From contig CBDDIJ010000002.1 of the NCBI GenBank assembly GCA_965228855.1, positions 1,408,001-1,472,000 on the forward strand: 64,000 nucleotides of DNA, given 5' to 3'. How positions within the stretch are numbered: the first letter of the stretch is position 1; each line of letters starts with the position of its first letter. The notes beneath the pieces are model-generated. The model did no database searches, had not been told where the DNA came from, and worked only from the letters and a program-made list of their open reading frames with translations. This DNA comes from Candidatus Obscuribacterales bacterium (GTDB lineage: Bacteria; Cyanobacteriota; Vampirovibrionia; Obscuribacterales; Obscuribacteraceae). Shown piece after piece: positions 1 through 10,588 of the stretch. The translations under genes and the position numbers were made by a program.

Positions 1-950
1 GTTCGATAGTATGAGAAGTTGTCGACGCCTTTGAACGCCAGTGTCGGTCCGAGGTGATTGCCTTCTGCCGTGTGGTTGTAGACCACATCTAGAATTACCT
101 CGATGCCCGCTCGATGGAGCGCGCGGACCATCGATTTGAATTCTTTGACCGCCTCGGTCACATCTTCCGAGCGCGAATAGCTCAGGTCCGGAGCGAAGTA
201 GCTTAGAGTGTTATAGCCCCAGTAGTTTTTAAGTCCGCGCTCGATGAGGAAACCATCGTTGACGTGATAATGAACGGGTAGAAGCTCGATCGCTGTTACT
301 CCCAGCCGCTTCAAATGCCGAATCATCGTATCGGTGCACAGGCCAAGATACGTGCCTCGCAGGGGTTCAGGAACGGCGTCGTTAAGCTGTGTTAGACCCT
401 TCACGTGTGCTTCGTAGATAACCGTTTTATGCCATGGCGTTTTCGGTGCTTTGTCCCCGCCCCAGTTGAACGCTTCGTCGATGACCGCGCATAGTGGCGC
501 ATATGGTGCGCTGTCTCGAGTATCGAAACTCAGATCTTGTTTGGGGCTGCCGATGGCATAGCCGAACAGGCTGTCGTCCCACTTCAGATCCCGTGCCACG
601 CATTTTGCATAAGGATCGACCAGCAGTTTGTTGGGGTTGAACCGCATTCCCTTCTTCGGTTCATAAGGTCCATATACTCGGTAGCCGTAAAGCTGTCCGG
701 GTTGCAGACCCTTGATGTATCCGTGAAAAATCTGGTGAGTGTATTCCGGAAGTTCGATCCTCATCGATTCTATTTGCGCATCGATTGAATCGAATAAGCA
801 CAATTCGACTTTGGTGGCGTTCTCCGAAAAAATAGCGAAGTTGACGCCGTTTCCGTCCCAGGTTGCGCCGAGCGGATAAGGTGCACCCTGAAGAACTTTC
901 AAGTTTCTCTCGGTCAGAGGATCTGTAGTTTGTGTTTCGATTTGGCTCAT
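1..950 (-). CDS. glgX: Glycogen debranching enzyme GlgX (GH13); 3' part runs off the window
   Basis: Read manually because it is absent from the ORF track. ATG at 950 gives MSQIETQ...[33 protein letters not shown], later [14 protein letters not shown] and [30 protein letters not shown]. Confidence 0.95.
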   Translation of the reverse strand, partial: MSQIETQTTDPLTERNLKVLQGAPYPLGATWDGNGVNFAIFSENATKVELCLFDSIDAQIESMRIELPEYTHQIFHGYIKGLQPGQLYGYRVYGPYEPKKGMRFNPNKLLVDPYAKCVARDLKWDDSLFGYAIGSPKQDLSFDTRDSAPYAPLCAVIDEAFNWGGDKAPKTPWHKTVIYEAHVKGLTQLNDAVPEPLRGTYLGLCTDTMIRHLKRLGVTAIELLPVHYHVNDGFLIERGLKNYWGYNTLSYFAPDLSYSRSEDVTEAVKEFKSMVRALHRAGIEVILDVVYNHTAEGNHLGPTLAFKGVDNFSYYR

Positions 951-980
951 TTGATTTTCCGTATTGGGCTCTGTCGTTCA

Positions 981-3900
981 CTACTTCGCGGTAAGAAGGG
1001 CAACGGGGAAGCGTTCCAGAATCTGGGTTATGCGAGCTCGGCGCTCTCCGAACTCCATTGTCTGTCCAGTGAAAATATCAGTGTAAGTTCTTCGTTGAAA
1101 CTCTCTCGGTAGATTCAGCTTCGTTGATTGCCAGAGCGAAGTATCTTCCGGACCGGAGTAGAGTGCTCGCTGATCCGGCGATATCAGCTTTGACACTAAT
1201 ACTGGTGCCACTATTAGTAGTGACTTGCCCTGATATTCGCGCAGGTACGCGATAAAGTGGTCGCTACCTTCGCCGGAAACACCGACCGGGATGTATTTCC
1301 CGGCAGTGAACAGGCGCGGGTTGAGTTTGCGTTGTTGCAAAATTGCAGCCGTCACGAACAGTTTCAACCTGCCGTCCTTATAGTTTTTCAACATATCTTT
1401 AAGCAGTGCTTTGAACTCATCTTGCGATTTGTTCGTGTCTGGTTTGACGAACGGAAGTAGATTCGTTAGCAGTTTGTCGCGCTCGTCGAAGTCGACCGGT
1501 CTTCGATTATCCGGATCGACGAGGCTGAAGTCGAAGAGTTCGTTGCCCTGGTAGAAGTCGGGAACGCCAGGACATGTGAGTTTGAACAGTGTCTGGCTGA
1601 GTGACTTGATTAATCCCATGCGCGATACGTGTTGATGGAACTCCAGAAAATCGATGAAGAATGGGTCGCTGCCTCCTTCCGCGTTAGAAGGTTTTAGCAA
1701 TGCGTTGATGAAGCTCTTCATTCCATCTTCGTAATTTGCATCCTGATTGATCCAGCTCGTGTGGTCCTTCGCTTCACGAGCGGCTTTGAGCATATAGCCT
1801 TCGATACGCTGCGCAAAGTCTGCGAGATCTTCCTGTTTTTCAACCGTAAGAGGATACGTTCCGACAAGTGTTTGATAAAGCAGATACTCGTCATTGTTAG
1901 ACGGGATTCGTTTATCCAAGTTGTACGTATAGCGCCCGCTGTTGTAATCCATCCAGCGAAGAACGCGCTCCTGCCAGTTGTCCGGAATTTCAGAAAGCAC
2001 GCTCAGCCGTGCCCGCACGTCTTCTGAACGCTTCGTATCGTGTGTTGAAGTGGCTAGCATGCTATACGGATACGTTTTCTGGCGGGCTTCGTTGTGTGAG
2101 TGGAAATCCGCAATCGATAGACCGAAGTGATTTGGTTCGCCGCCCACTTCGTTTAAACCGACGAAGCGGTTGTACTTATAGAACAAAGTGTCTTCAAGGC
2201 TCTTGGCCATCACTGGTCCGGTAAACTGCTGAAACTTCATGGCGAAGTTAAGCACGTCTTGTTGGAATTTCTCCTGACCCGGGTAGTCTTCCATTTCATC
2301 CGCGAGTCGTAAAGTTAGAACGTTTTGAATGAAGTCGAATATGCCTGGGTGCACAGTGCGATTGTTGCGCTTTGCGAGTCGAACCGCTCGCACGACATAA
2401 TCGCGGGCAACATTGCTGACGGTGCCCTCTTTTACGTATGTTCGGTAAACCGGGAAGAATGCCACCACTTCCGAGAGCGCGTGACGCAACGAATTTAAAG
2501 TGAAGTCTCTGTACATCCAATTGGATTCGGCAATCTGGCTCAGGTGATGCGCCAGCATATTCAGTTCTGATGCAAGTGAGGTCTGCATGATCAGGTGTTT
2601 GCAACGGTAGGCCAGCTCTCTGTATGAGTCTGTTTCATTGCTGACCATGGCATAGAAGTCCGAGAAAATGCGGGCGTTCTTCTCATCTATGAGCACACCG
2701 TTGGCGGCGGTCATAAAGTCGTAGCCGGTTGTTCCATGGATAACCCAGTCCTCTTCCATTCGCTCGAAGGGAGCAAGAATTTTCTCTCCAAGAAGATAGA
2801 TCGGATAATCTTCCTGGCGCTGGAATCTCTTTTGTCCCGGCAAGAAGTTTTCACTCTCCGGATTCAGCCTGGTCAGTGCTTCTTCCTGAAGTTTCATAAA
2901 ATAACCGGCTGGATCATAGAGTCCGTCCGGATGATCGATTCGTAAACCTTGAACGATTCCGTCCTTAATTAGCTTGAAGACTAGCGCGTGCATATCAGTG
3001 AAGGCGCGCGGATCTTCCACGCGAACGCCGGCAAGTTCATTGATGTCGAAGAATCTTCGATAGTTGATTTCGTGCGCGGCGACGCGCCAGAATGCCAGTC
3101 GATATGATTGCTGTTCAAGCAGCTCGTGGAGCCGTCTGCATGAAGCGCGGTCATCTTCTGTGCAATCAAACTCTTTTAGATTTTGTTGAATAAACTCATG
3201 TATGTGTTCGTTTTGTCCGCAGAGTTCCGCCAGACGATCGATGGAAACTTTCATCTCGCGCAGCCTTCGAGACTTATCTTCCTGGGAAAGATTCATGCCA
3301 TCCGGCAAAGAACTGAGAGCGTCCACGATGCTCAGGTATCGCATGACGTGCATGTTGTTATTGCCGAGCCGGTCGTTGAGAACGTCCAGTCTGAGTCCCA
3401 TGATCAGAGCGTAGGAGCGCGGATTAACCGGGAATTCATTCTCGTAATAGTGAATTTTGAATTTCCCGGTCGACTTGTCGAACTTGATTTTCAGTTCACC
3501 GTTCGTGAGTATCTTCCCGTAAGGTTCTCCGAGAATCGGCAAAAGCACTTTGCCTACCAGCTCGTCCTTTACGGGGCTCCAGTCGATATCGAAATATTCA
3601 CCATACTCGGATGCCGGACCGTGCTCAAGCACATCCATCCACCAGGGATTGTGTTTGCCTATTCCCATGTGATTGGGCACCAGATCCATGATGATACCCA
3701 TGTCGCGCTTTCTAAGGTCAGCGCTCAAATTCTCCAGATCTTCGAGTGTTCCAAGTTCCGGGTTGACCGTGCTGTGACTGATTACATCGTAACCATGCAT
3801 GCTTCCGGGGCGGGATTGCGAAATTGGGGATAAGTAGTAGTGACTGATGCCGAGCTTGTCGAGGTAGTTAACAAGTTTGTGTGCATCTACGAATTTGAAG

Positions 3901-6227
3901 TTCTTATGCAATTGCAGCCTGTATGTTGCAAGCGGAATCGTAACTTGCTTGTTTGGCAAATCTTCCTGATTGTAGGAGACATCCACAAGATCGAAGAAAC
4001 ATCCTCGCTCGGTCTGCAACTGGTCGATCACAAGTTGGGTCGTCTCTGCTTCAATCATCTCCTCGAAAGACGGAGCTGTTTTTACCTTCCACTGCGGGTA
4101 ACTTGGATCTTCCAGAACTATCAGTGGTCGGTCAATTTTGCCGAGATCTTCGAGCCTGAACAAAAGTAACGAAGCTGTTGACTTAGCCATAAGCGATATC
4201 AGGGCAGACACCATATGCGGTGTCAAAACCGGCACTGACGATGGATCGGTCGTAACGCCCTCCGGCAGAAGATTTTTTTCGTCTAGAAGGCGCAGCACTT
4301 CAACGCGGTGGCTAACCCGCCGGTCAACGAGTTGATTGCGTTTGTCCTTTTCGTCGACGGGCAGAGTTTCCGCTCTGGCAGCTATGTCCGTCCCATGCCA
4401 GAACGCTGCTAGCGGTGACAGGTCCGCGGGGGCCAGTTCCAAAAGCCGCTTCTCGGTAGTTTCCGACTTCATGAGGCTGGACAGTTCATTTGGAGCGGTC
4501 GACAGTAAGTCGTGGCGCGCGATGATGTTCCATTTTTCCAGAAGCTGGTGTATCTGAGAACCTGATGCCGAACGAGAATCCAACTCTACAAGTAGCTCTG
4601 CATCAAGTACTACCATTGTTGAAGTTCGATGACTTTCCAGAGCGATAACCGATAGAATTTCTTCAACCGGCAGCTCAAGCTGCGCGACAGAAGAGATGTC
4701 ATCCGGGTCTACGCTAACGAGCGGCGCCAGCCAGTGATAAGCATTTGCGAGTTTGATCGCACCGGCATAACGCATATTGAACTGCAGCATCTCTGCAAGT
4801 GGACGATAGCCGGCGCGACGCATTTCTTCCATTCTGAATGGAGGGCTGGCCGTGACCAGACCGTCCGGCAGATAAGGGCGGGGCGGCTCCATCAAGAAAA
4901 GCGTTTCCGCCAGACATTTTTGGTTTTGCCAGCCTTCCGCTCCATGGGGTGATACCAGTGGTGATACTTCGGTGAGCAGTCCTACCGGAAGGCGAGAGTT
5001 CATGCAGGCGTGTCCGACCGCTTCAAGCTGAATTTCGGCCTGCCATTGCAGATACTCGAAGAATTCTATGCGTTCGTTGTTTGACGAAGCAAACTCTTTG
5101 ACTGCTTCCGATTCCGGATCTCTATATTTGTCAGGCCAGGCAAGCCAGGACTCGTAGTGATTTCCGTCTTTAGCCAGTTTTTCTGCCAACGCCTGGTGGG
5201 TGGCGAAGTAGCGAAGTGGTTTGCCTCGCTCGTGTTGGAATGCGCGAAACGCCTGGGCTCGTGGTGTTTGTTTACTTAAATGACGTAAGCGAAACTGTTG
5301 ATAGAGCCGATCGAGTATATGCAGTTTTTCTGCAAAAATCTGTTTCAAATCGGCGACTTCATCGTTTCTAAGTGACTCGATGCGCTCCTGAAACTCCGGA
5401 GATTGCACCATCCGTCGAGTGTCTTCTGACTCATGAAAATCGTCGGTGGCTTCGACATCTATGTAGATTATGTTCAAAAAACTGCGATCGGATGGCAGAC
5501 GTCGGGTGAATAAATTGCTGCCCGTCGGGTCCTGACCATGTAACGGACTCACTCCTACTACACCCGCGCCCTGAGCGGCGCAGAATGCGACGATCGCCTT
5601 CAAGTCTGTGAAATCACCGGTACCCCAGTTTCTTTTACTCGTGAAGCCGGTTAGATTCACCACCGGTCCCCAGAATCTCGCTCCACTATTGAAAGTAGCC
5701 GGCATGAAACATTTGTCCGGAGCAACTATGACCGGGAACTCGGACTTGAGCTTTACTGTTTTCGGATCCTTTTCACTAGTCAGCCCAACGACTAGTTTGT
5801 AATATCCGATGTGAGTGTTTTCCGGAAGATGAATTCTCAGTTTTGTCTCGGTCAGATCTGCACTGCCGGTGATACCACTACGGATGTCTCCCCATTCGGC
5901 GATGAGTGACCAATGCAGGAAAACACTCTCGCTCTTCGATTCGAATGGCATGTCAATTTCAAGTCGAGCAAGTTCCTTCTCGAGCGAGCGCTTGAGAACT
6001 GCTACGTGGGGGACGTACAGCGCAAGTGTTTTGTCTGCGGTTTCTAGCCTGGTGAAACCGGGGTGGTCGGCGGACTCGGTCTCGCCAAGTGGAGCTAACG
6101 CAGCAGAGATTTTGGCAAGAGCGTCTTCGGAAGCTCTATGCAAACGTCCGTCTGCATCTTTCCAGGTGGGTTTGACGCCGTTTTTCTGAGCCACAGGATG
6201 AACCGATGGTCCCGCATTGGTTTTCAT
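981..6227 (-). CDS. treY: Fusion of an N-terminal MalQ/GH77-like domain (degenerate) and a C-terminal malto-oligosyltrehalose synthase TreY
   Basis: TreY motifs ATYRLQ, GSMHGYDV, MDLVPNHMG, INYRRFFDIN, GLRIDHPDGLYDP, GEKIL, ATSTHDTKRSED, PGVPDFYQG. The N-terminal part has MalQ-like NWGTGDFTDL, FFEYLQW and ALESHR. Confidence 0.93.
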   Translation of the reverse strand: MKTNAGPSVHPVAQKNGVKPTWKDADGRLHRASEDALAKISAALAPLGETESADHPGFTRLETADKTLALYVPHVAVLKRSLEKELARLEIDMPFESKSESVFLHWSLIAEWGDIRSGITGSADLTETKLRIHLPENTHIGYYKLVVGLTSEKDPKTVKLKSEFPVIVAPDKCFMPATFNSGARFWGPVVNLTGFTSKRNWGTGDFTDLKAIVAFCAAQGAGVVGVSPLHGQDPTGSNLFTRRLPSDRSFLNIIYIDVEATDDFHESEDTRRMVQSPEFQERIESLRNDEVADLKQIFAEKLHILDRLYQQFRLRHLSKQTPRAQAFRAFQHERGKPLRYFATHQALAEKLAKDGNHYESWLAWPDKYRDPESEAVKEFASSNNERIEFFEYLQWQAEIQLEAVGHACMNSRLPVGLLTEVSPLVSPHGAEGWQNQKCLAETLFLMEPPRPYLPDGLVTASPPFRMEEMRRAGYRPLAEMLQFNMRYAGAIKLANAYHWLAPLVSVDPDDISSVAQLELPVEEILSVIALESHRTSTMVVLDAELLVELDSRSASGSQIHQLLEKWNIIARHDLLSTAPNELSSLMKSETTEKRLLELAPADLSPLAAFWHGTDIAARAETLPVDEKDKRNQLVDRRVSHRVEVLRLLDEKNLLPEGVTTDPSSVPVLTPHMVSALISLMAKSTASLLLFRLEDLGKIDRPLIVLEDPSYPQWKVKTAPSFEEMIEAETTQLVIDQLQTERGCFFDLVDVSYNQEDLPNKQVTIPLATYRLQLHKNFKFVDAHKLVNYLDKLGISHYYLSPISQSRPGSMHGYDVISHSTVNPELGTLEDLENLSADLRKRDMGIIMDLVPNHMGIGKHNPWWMDVLEHGPASEYGEYFDIDWSPVKDELVGKVLLPILGEPYGKILTNGELKIKFDKSTGKFKIHYYENEFPVNPRSYALIMGLRLDVLNDRLGNNNMHVMRYLSIVDALSSLPDGMNLSQEDKSRRLREMKVSIDRLAELCGQNEHIHEFIQQNLKEFDCTEDDRASCRRLHELLEQQSYRLAFWRVAAHEINYRRFFDINELAGVRVEDPRAFTDMHALVFKLIKDGIVQGLRIDHPDGLYDPAGYFMKLQEEALTRLNPESENFLPGQKRFQRQEDYPIYLLGEKILAPFERMEEDWVIHGTTGYDFMTAANGVLIDEKNARIFSDFYAMVSNETDSYRELAYRCKHLIMQTSLASELNMLAHHLSQIAESNWMYRDFTLNSLRHALSEVVAFFPVYRTYVKEGTVSNVARDYVVRAVRLAKRNNRTVHPGIFDFIQNVLTLRLADEMEDYPGQEKFQQDVLNFAMKFQQFTGPVMAKSLEDTLFYKYNRFVGLNEVGGEPNHFGLSIADFHSHNEARQKTYPYSMLATSTHDTKRSEDVRARLSVLSEIPDNWQERVLRWMDYNSGRYTYNLDKRIPSNNDEYLLYQTLVGTYPLTVEKQEDLADFAQRIEGYMLKAAREAKDHTSWINQDANYEDGMKSFINALLKPSNAEGGSDPFFIDFLEFHQHVSRMGLIKSLSQTLFKLTCPGVPDFYQGNELFDFSLVDPDNRRPVDFDERDKLLTNLLPFVKPDTNKSQDEFKALLKDMLKNYKDGRLKLFVTAAILQQRKLNPRLFTAGKYIPVGVSGEGSDHFIAYLREYQGKSLLIVAPVLVSKLISPDQRALYSGPEDTSLWQSTKLNLPREFQRRTYTDIFTGQTMEFGERRARITQILERFPVALLTAK

Positions 6228-6396
6228 GGGAAGCCTTTCCTTGCGATCTGCCGATATATGGAAGTTTGCTAATTATACCCGCTTGTATATGCTGTTTCGG
6301 GCACGCGTATGCGTTTAGCACATGGCGCGTCAGGCGATGAAAGTCGGGTGAAACAGTTACTTACGCAGTGGTAAGCAGTGAACCTCCGGTGAATCG

Positions 6397-8307
6397 CTAA
6401 ACCGGCTGACTCGCTCTGCCGAGCAACCATATCACCGTCCATGGTGGCACAGTGCCAAGCGCGACATCCGACGATGCATTCAAAGGAATTTGAAATACAA
6501 TATTTGATTCGTCAAATTCCGACTCTGAAAATAATGGGCTCGTGGCGCCCGCATCACTCAGATTGGCGATAAGTTTGAGTTCCTCACCGGTTGAGAGTGG
6601 ATAATGAACCTCGAGCAATCCCTCTTCGGTGATCGCCCAGGAGCGTTTATCAATCTCTATTTTATCGATAATGGGAACAATGGCGCTTTTCCGCAGAGCG
6701 ATCAAGCGCTTATAGTATTCGAGCCATTCTTGATGCTCCACGTCGAGTAAATCATCCCAGTTCAACTTGCATTTGTAGAATGTTTCTTTGCTGCATGGGT
6801 CCGGAATCAGTTTTAACTTGGCCGGATCTTTGAAGTCGTTGAATTTTCCGAATTCGCGTAAACGTCCTTCGCGGACACTGTTGGCTAGGTCGTCTGAGAA
6901 GTCGGCGAACCATACGAATGGAGTTGACGCTGCCCATTCGTCACCCATGAAAAGCATGGGCGGTGCCGGATTGAGAAGCAGAATCGCTACCATTGCGCTG
7001 ACCGCTTCGGTGTCGGCCAGGTGCGTGAGACGCTCGCCGAGAGCCCGATTGCCAATCTGATCATGGTTTTGAATGAACGCTATGAAACCGCCTGGTGCAA
7101 CTTCCTTACTTGGAGTACCTCTAAATTTTCCGTCGCGAAACGCGGATTTTTCACCTTGATATGCGAATCCCTCGGCCAGGCAACGACCTAGATGTTCCAC
7201 TGCGCTTGCTGGAGAGGCGTCAGCATCGTAGTCTTCATAGTAGCCCGAGTTCTCACCTGTGGCCAGTACGTGCATGGCATGGTGAATATCATCGTTCCAC
7301 TGCGCGTTGAATCGATCTTCGAAATCGCCCATGCCTGCGTCGAGCAACTCGGCCTTATTGTCGCCGTTTTCCAGCATCAAATGAATTTCGCGTTCGCCCT
7401 TGTATCTTGTTCGGACGTTTTCAGCGATCTCATTCAAAATGTGCTTTTTCGAGTCATCGCATATGGTATCAACGGCATCAAACCGCAAACCGTCGAAGCG
7501 ATACTCTTCTAACCAGTAGAGCACATTGTTGATTACAAACTGACGAACGATTTCATTATGGTCGTCGTCGTAGTTTATGCCGTTGCCCCATGGCGTGTGA
7601 TGTTTGGCACTGAAAAAGGATTTGGCGTAAACATACAGGTAGTTTCCTTCCGGACCAAAGTGGTTATATACGACGTCGAGGTAGACCATCAGACCGCGCT
7701 TGTGAGCCTCATTGATCAGCATCTTTAGATCTTCCGGGCGTCCATAGACACTGTCGGGTGCGTAGGAGAGTACACCGTCGTACCCCCAACCGAATTGTCC
7801 GGGGAAGTCTGATAGAGGCAGAATTTCGATTGCCGTGATACCGAGTTCGACCAGGTGATCGAGTTTGGAACCTAGGCCTTCGTAGGTACCTTCTGGAGAA
7901 AATGTGCCCAGGTGAGTTTCGTAGATAATGGCTTCTCGCCAGGGGCGCCCCTTCCAATTGTCGTCCGTCCAGCGGAAAGCTCGAGGGTCGATAATCTCGC
8001 TTGGACCGTGGACGTCTTTGGGCTGATACCTCGATGCCGGATCGGGCACGCGTAAATCGTTATCTATAATGAAATGATAGAGAACTCCCGGTTTAGCTTC
8101 GCTCGATGTCAGCTTGTACCAGCCGTTGCCAGCCTTCTCCATTGGCGTAATCTGCTCTTTATCCTTCAAATAAAGACAAAGGTCTACAGACTTGGCGCTC
8201 GGAGCGAACAGTCTGAATTCGGCGCCGCCTTCGTCCAGGAGTCGCGGACCGAAGGGCATCTCATGTAAGTGGCTTGACTTCTCGAGACTGGTATTTTGCT
8301 TTGACAT
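6397..8307 (-). CDS. treZ: Malto-oligosyltrehalose trehalohydrolase TreZ
   Basis: PDPASRYQP, WGYDGV, LDVVYNHFGPEGNYL, DGLRFDAV, AQWNDD.HH, QNHDQIGNR. Start set at ATG 8307, 10 nt after the upstream stop; the track gives 8349. Confidence 0.93.
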   Translation of the reverse strand: MSKQNTSLEKSSHLHEMPFGPRLLDEGGAEFRLFAPSAKSVDLCLYLKDKEQITPMEKAGNGWYKLTSSEAKPGVLYHFIIDNDLRVPDPASRYQPKDVHGPSEIIDPRAFRWTDDNWKGRPWREAIIYETHLGTFSPEGTYEGLGSKLDHLVELGITAIEILPLSDFPGQFGWGYDGVLSYAPDSVYGRPEDLKMLINEAHKRGLMVYLDVVYNHFGPEGNYLYVYAKSFFSAKHHTPWGNGINYDDDHNEIVRQFVINNVLYWLEEYRFDGLRFDAVDTICDDSKKHILNEIAENVRTRYKGEREIHLMLENGDNKAELLDAGMGDFEDRFNAQWNDDIHHAMHVLATGENSGYYEDYDADASPASAVEHLGRCLAEGFAYQGEKSAFRDGKFRGTPSKEVAPGGFIAFIQNHDQIGNRALGERLTHLADTEAVSAMVAILLLNPAPPMLFMGDEWAASTPFVWFADFSDDLANSVREGRLREFGKFNDFKDPAKLKLIPDPCSKETFYKCKLNWDDLLDVEHQEWLEYYKRLIALRKSAIVPIIDKIEIDKRSWAITEEGLLEVHYPLSTGEELKLIANLSDAGATSPLFSESEFDESNIVFQIPLNASSDVALGTVPPWTVIWLLGRASQPV

Positions 8308-8317
8308 TTTTGGGCTC

Positions 8318-8815
8318 TCAACTCTCAGTGGACTTAGGTTTGTTAGCACATGCGGCGCCGAAGATTGGCGTCAGCAGCGAAATTAGCGCGAAGATAATTG
8401 TAGCGCCGAACACTTTCCTCGAGGATTCGTGGAGTTCTTGAAACTGAACGTGGGCGGCGGAGTCCGTTTTGATAGAGGGCAGCAGTTTTTCCATTGGTGG
8501 AACGATCGCGAGCGAAAAGACCATTGCTGTCACTATACAAATGAAGCTCGCAACCAGACGCACGAAGAATGCTTTCGTTTTCGGTTCCTTCAATACCGCA
8601 AGCACCTCGGCGATCAGCAGTGCGACAGAGGCGCCCAGGAGTATTTTGCCGTAGCTGACAAATGCGGGTGCATTTGCCGCAGCGGCTTCAGCGACAGGGA
8701 TGCCCTGAGCGGTTTGCGCCTTTACTAGAGTAACGGCAACGAAGACAACCATTGCTGAACCGCCAAACAGAATGGATAGTGAGATGGCTCTGAGAATTTC
8801 GCTTAGTGTTCGCAT
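8318..8815 (-). CDS. Four-TM membrane protein, DUF4149-like
   Basis: Four hydrophobic segments and IVPPME...FQELHESS, resembling the DUF4149 F..LH..S motif; co-oriented with treZ. Confidence 0.6.
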   Translation of the reverse strand: MRTLSEILRAISLSILFGGSAMVVFVAVTLVKAQTAQGIPVAEAAAANAPAFVSYGKILLGASVALLIAEVLAVLKEPKTKAFFVRLVASFICIVTAMVFSLAIVPPMEKLLPSIKTDSAAHVQFQELHESSRKVFGATIIFALISLLTPIFGAACANKPKSTES

Positions 8816-8948
8816 GATGTTTCCGAAAGAAGCCGCTGTTGGCTGAGTACAATGCAGACTGGATCATACTCCTATGCCGCACGTGCTTAATGAATCGGAC
8901 CGTAATGTCAATTCCGGCTTAACTTATTGACAAGTTGGGTAGGTTTTT

Positions 8949-9668
8949 TTGCAGCCCCCAGTTAAAACCGTCGTGGAGAGTTTTGAAGTGCCGAGATTCA
9001 GACCCAATCAGAAGTACGCGATTTCGTTGGTTTTAGCCGCAATTCTCCTGGCGGTTGCTTCACCGGTGCTCGCCCAGGGGCAGGACCAGAAAACGGCTGC
9101 CGGGGCGATGGCTCTTCTTTCCGCGCTTCTCTATGCAATACCACCATGGGTGACGGGGCTTTTGCTTGATTTTCTGATCGTGCGTACTTCGGTGGTGCTC
9201 TGGAAGGGTCTTGCGACAGCGGTACTATCCATGGTGCTCGGTTATCCCAGCATCTGGTTTTCCATGTCGTCATTCTTACTAGTTCCAGGCGGTCCCGAGT
9301 CCACACTGGCCTGGGTTCTTTGCACGGTCTTGCTGGCACTCACCCTGGGTGGCGTCAAAGTGATTTCGTACTGGGTGGTCAACGAGAAATTCCCGTCGAA
9401 GAAAACTGCTGGATTACTCTTCGCAAGCGCAATCGGGATGGTAGTCGCTGCCTTTATTTGCCTTACATTCATGGGAAAACCTACAGAGCCCGGCGCTGCG
9501 AAAAATCCTTCATCCGCGGTTGTCGCGCCTGAGGCATCTGACCCAGCCGCCGTTCCGGTAGCTCAGCCGTCCGCAGCTAAGGACGCTGAGGTAAAAGAGA
9601 ATGACGAGCCCGCCGATTCATCCGCGGAAACCGGCGACGATGCAAAGCCGGGCACCACTGGAGACTAG
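8949..9668 (+). CDS. Hypothetical multi-TM membrane protein with an acidic Ala/Pro-rich C-terminal tail
   Basis: Signal-like N-terminus (ASPVLA-Q) and about five hydrophobic segments; start uncertain. Confidence 0.6.
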   Translation: MQPPVKTVVESFEVPRFRPNQKYAISLVLAAILLAVASPVLAQGQDQKTAAGAMALLSALLYAIPPWVTGLLLDFLIVRTSVVLWKGLATAVLSMVLGYPSIWFSMSSFLLVPGGPESTLAWVLCTVLLALTLGGVKVISYWVVNEKFPSKKTAGLLFASAIGMVVAAFICLTFMGKPTEPGAAKNPSSAVVAPEASDPAAVPVAQPSAAKDAEVKENDEPADSSAETGDDAKPGTTGD

Positions 9669-10447
9669 ATGCCGCGGCTGTGATGCGCTCGGCACCACAA
9701 CAAGCTATCGCCTATTTTGAAAACGACCGCATTCTCACGCATCTCTGTGTCATAGTATGCGCGGGCATGGTGCTGTGTTTTTGTACCGGGTGCGTCGACT
9801 GCATGCAATAATTTTTTGATGTCTCCGGAAACGAGCTTGAATACGCGTGTTTCATAGATTCTGGTTATTCTGTTTTCGTCGCGAAGAACGATGTACGGAA
9901 GGTCGAGTTCACCAGAAGAAACTAAATCGAGATTGCATTCCAGCTTCTGACCCTGGGTAAACACCCAGGACGCATAGTGATACCACGTTTTCTGCTCAGC
10001 ACGATAGAAGGCCCAGCCGATGCCGATTGCAACGCCGATGCACAGCGCCAGAAAGAAGGGAAAGCCGAACATGGACGCCACTCCAAATCCAACGATTGCC
10101 ACCGGTAGCATTGTGATGTACGTGACCATATTTGCTTTCCGTTCCACTTTCTGGAAGTCACTGTGAAGCGGATATGCTTTCCAATTTTTCTTTTCCGTCG
10201 TTTCTGTTGATCGTTTCAATCCCTTTGCCGGAGGCTCGGCTCTTGCTGTGTCGGACGGCTGTTGCCGCGTTGGAGTCGCTGCCTCGGACTTCGGCGTTTT
10301 GGGTTTTTCAATTTCTTGTGAGCGTGAGCGCACCTGTTCCATCGAAACGTTGCGTGAAGACATGCACTCAGCGCAAATGAAATCATCTGCTACTGGTTTT
10401 AAACAGTAGGCGCAGCTGTTTGATTGTGTTTCTAAACTGTCCGGCAT
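9665..10447 (-). CDS. Hypothetical membrane protein with an N-terminal zinc-ribbon-like motif
   Basis: CAYC-x8-ICAEC, then a disordered linker, two TM helices and a soluble C-terminal domain. Confidence 0.6.
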   Translation of the reverse strand: MPDSLETQSNSCAYCLKPVADDFICAECMSSRNVSMEQVRSRSQEIEKPKTPKSEAATPTRQQPSDTARAEPPAKGLKRSTETTEKKNWKAYPLHSDFQKVERKANMVTYITMLPVAIVGFGVASMFGFPFFLALCIGVAIGIGWAFYRAEQKTWYHYASWVFTQGQKLECNLDLVSSGELDLPYIVLRDENRITRIYETRVFKLVSGDIKKLLHAVDAPGTKTQHHARAYYDTEMRENAVVFKIGDSLLWCRAHHSRGI

Positions 10448-10588
10448 AACGCGCAAGCCATGAATCTCTAAGTCTATTTGTCCCGCTTCTTAGAAATCGA
10501 AACAGTTAGCGATAAAGTTTTGATTACTGTGCTTGCCTCCGTTTCATCTCGTATTCGGTCGGGCATGGTCCTGAACGGAGGTAATCGA

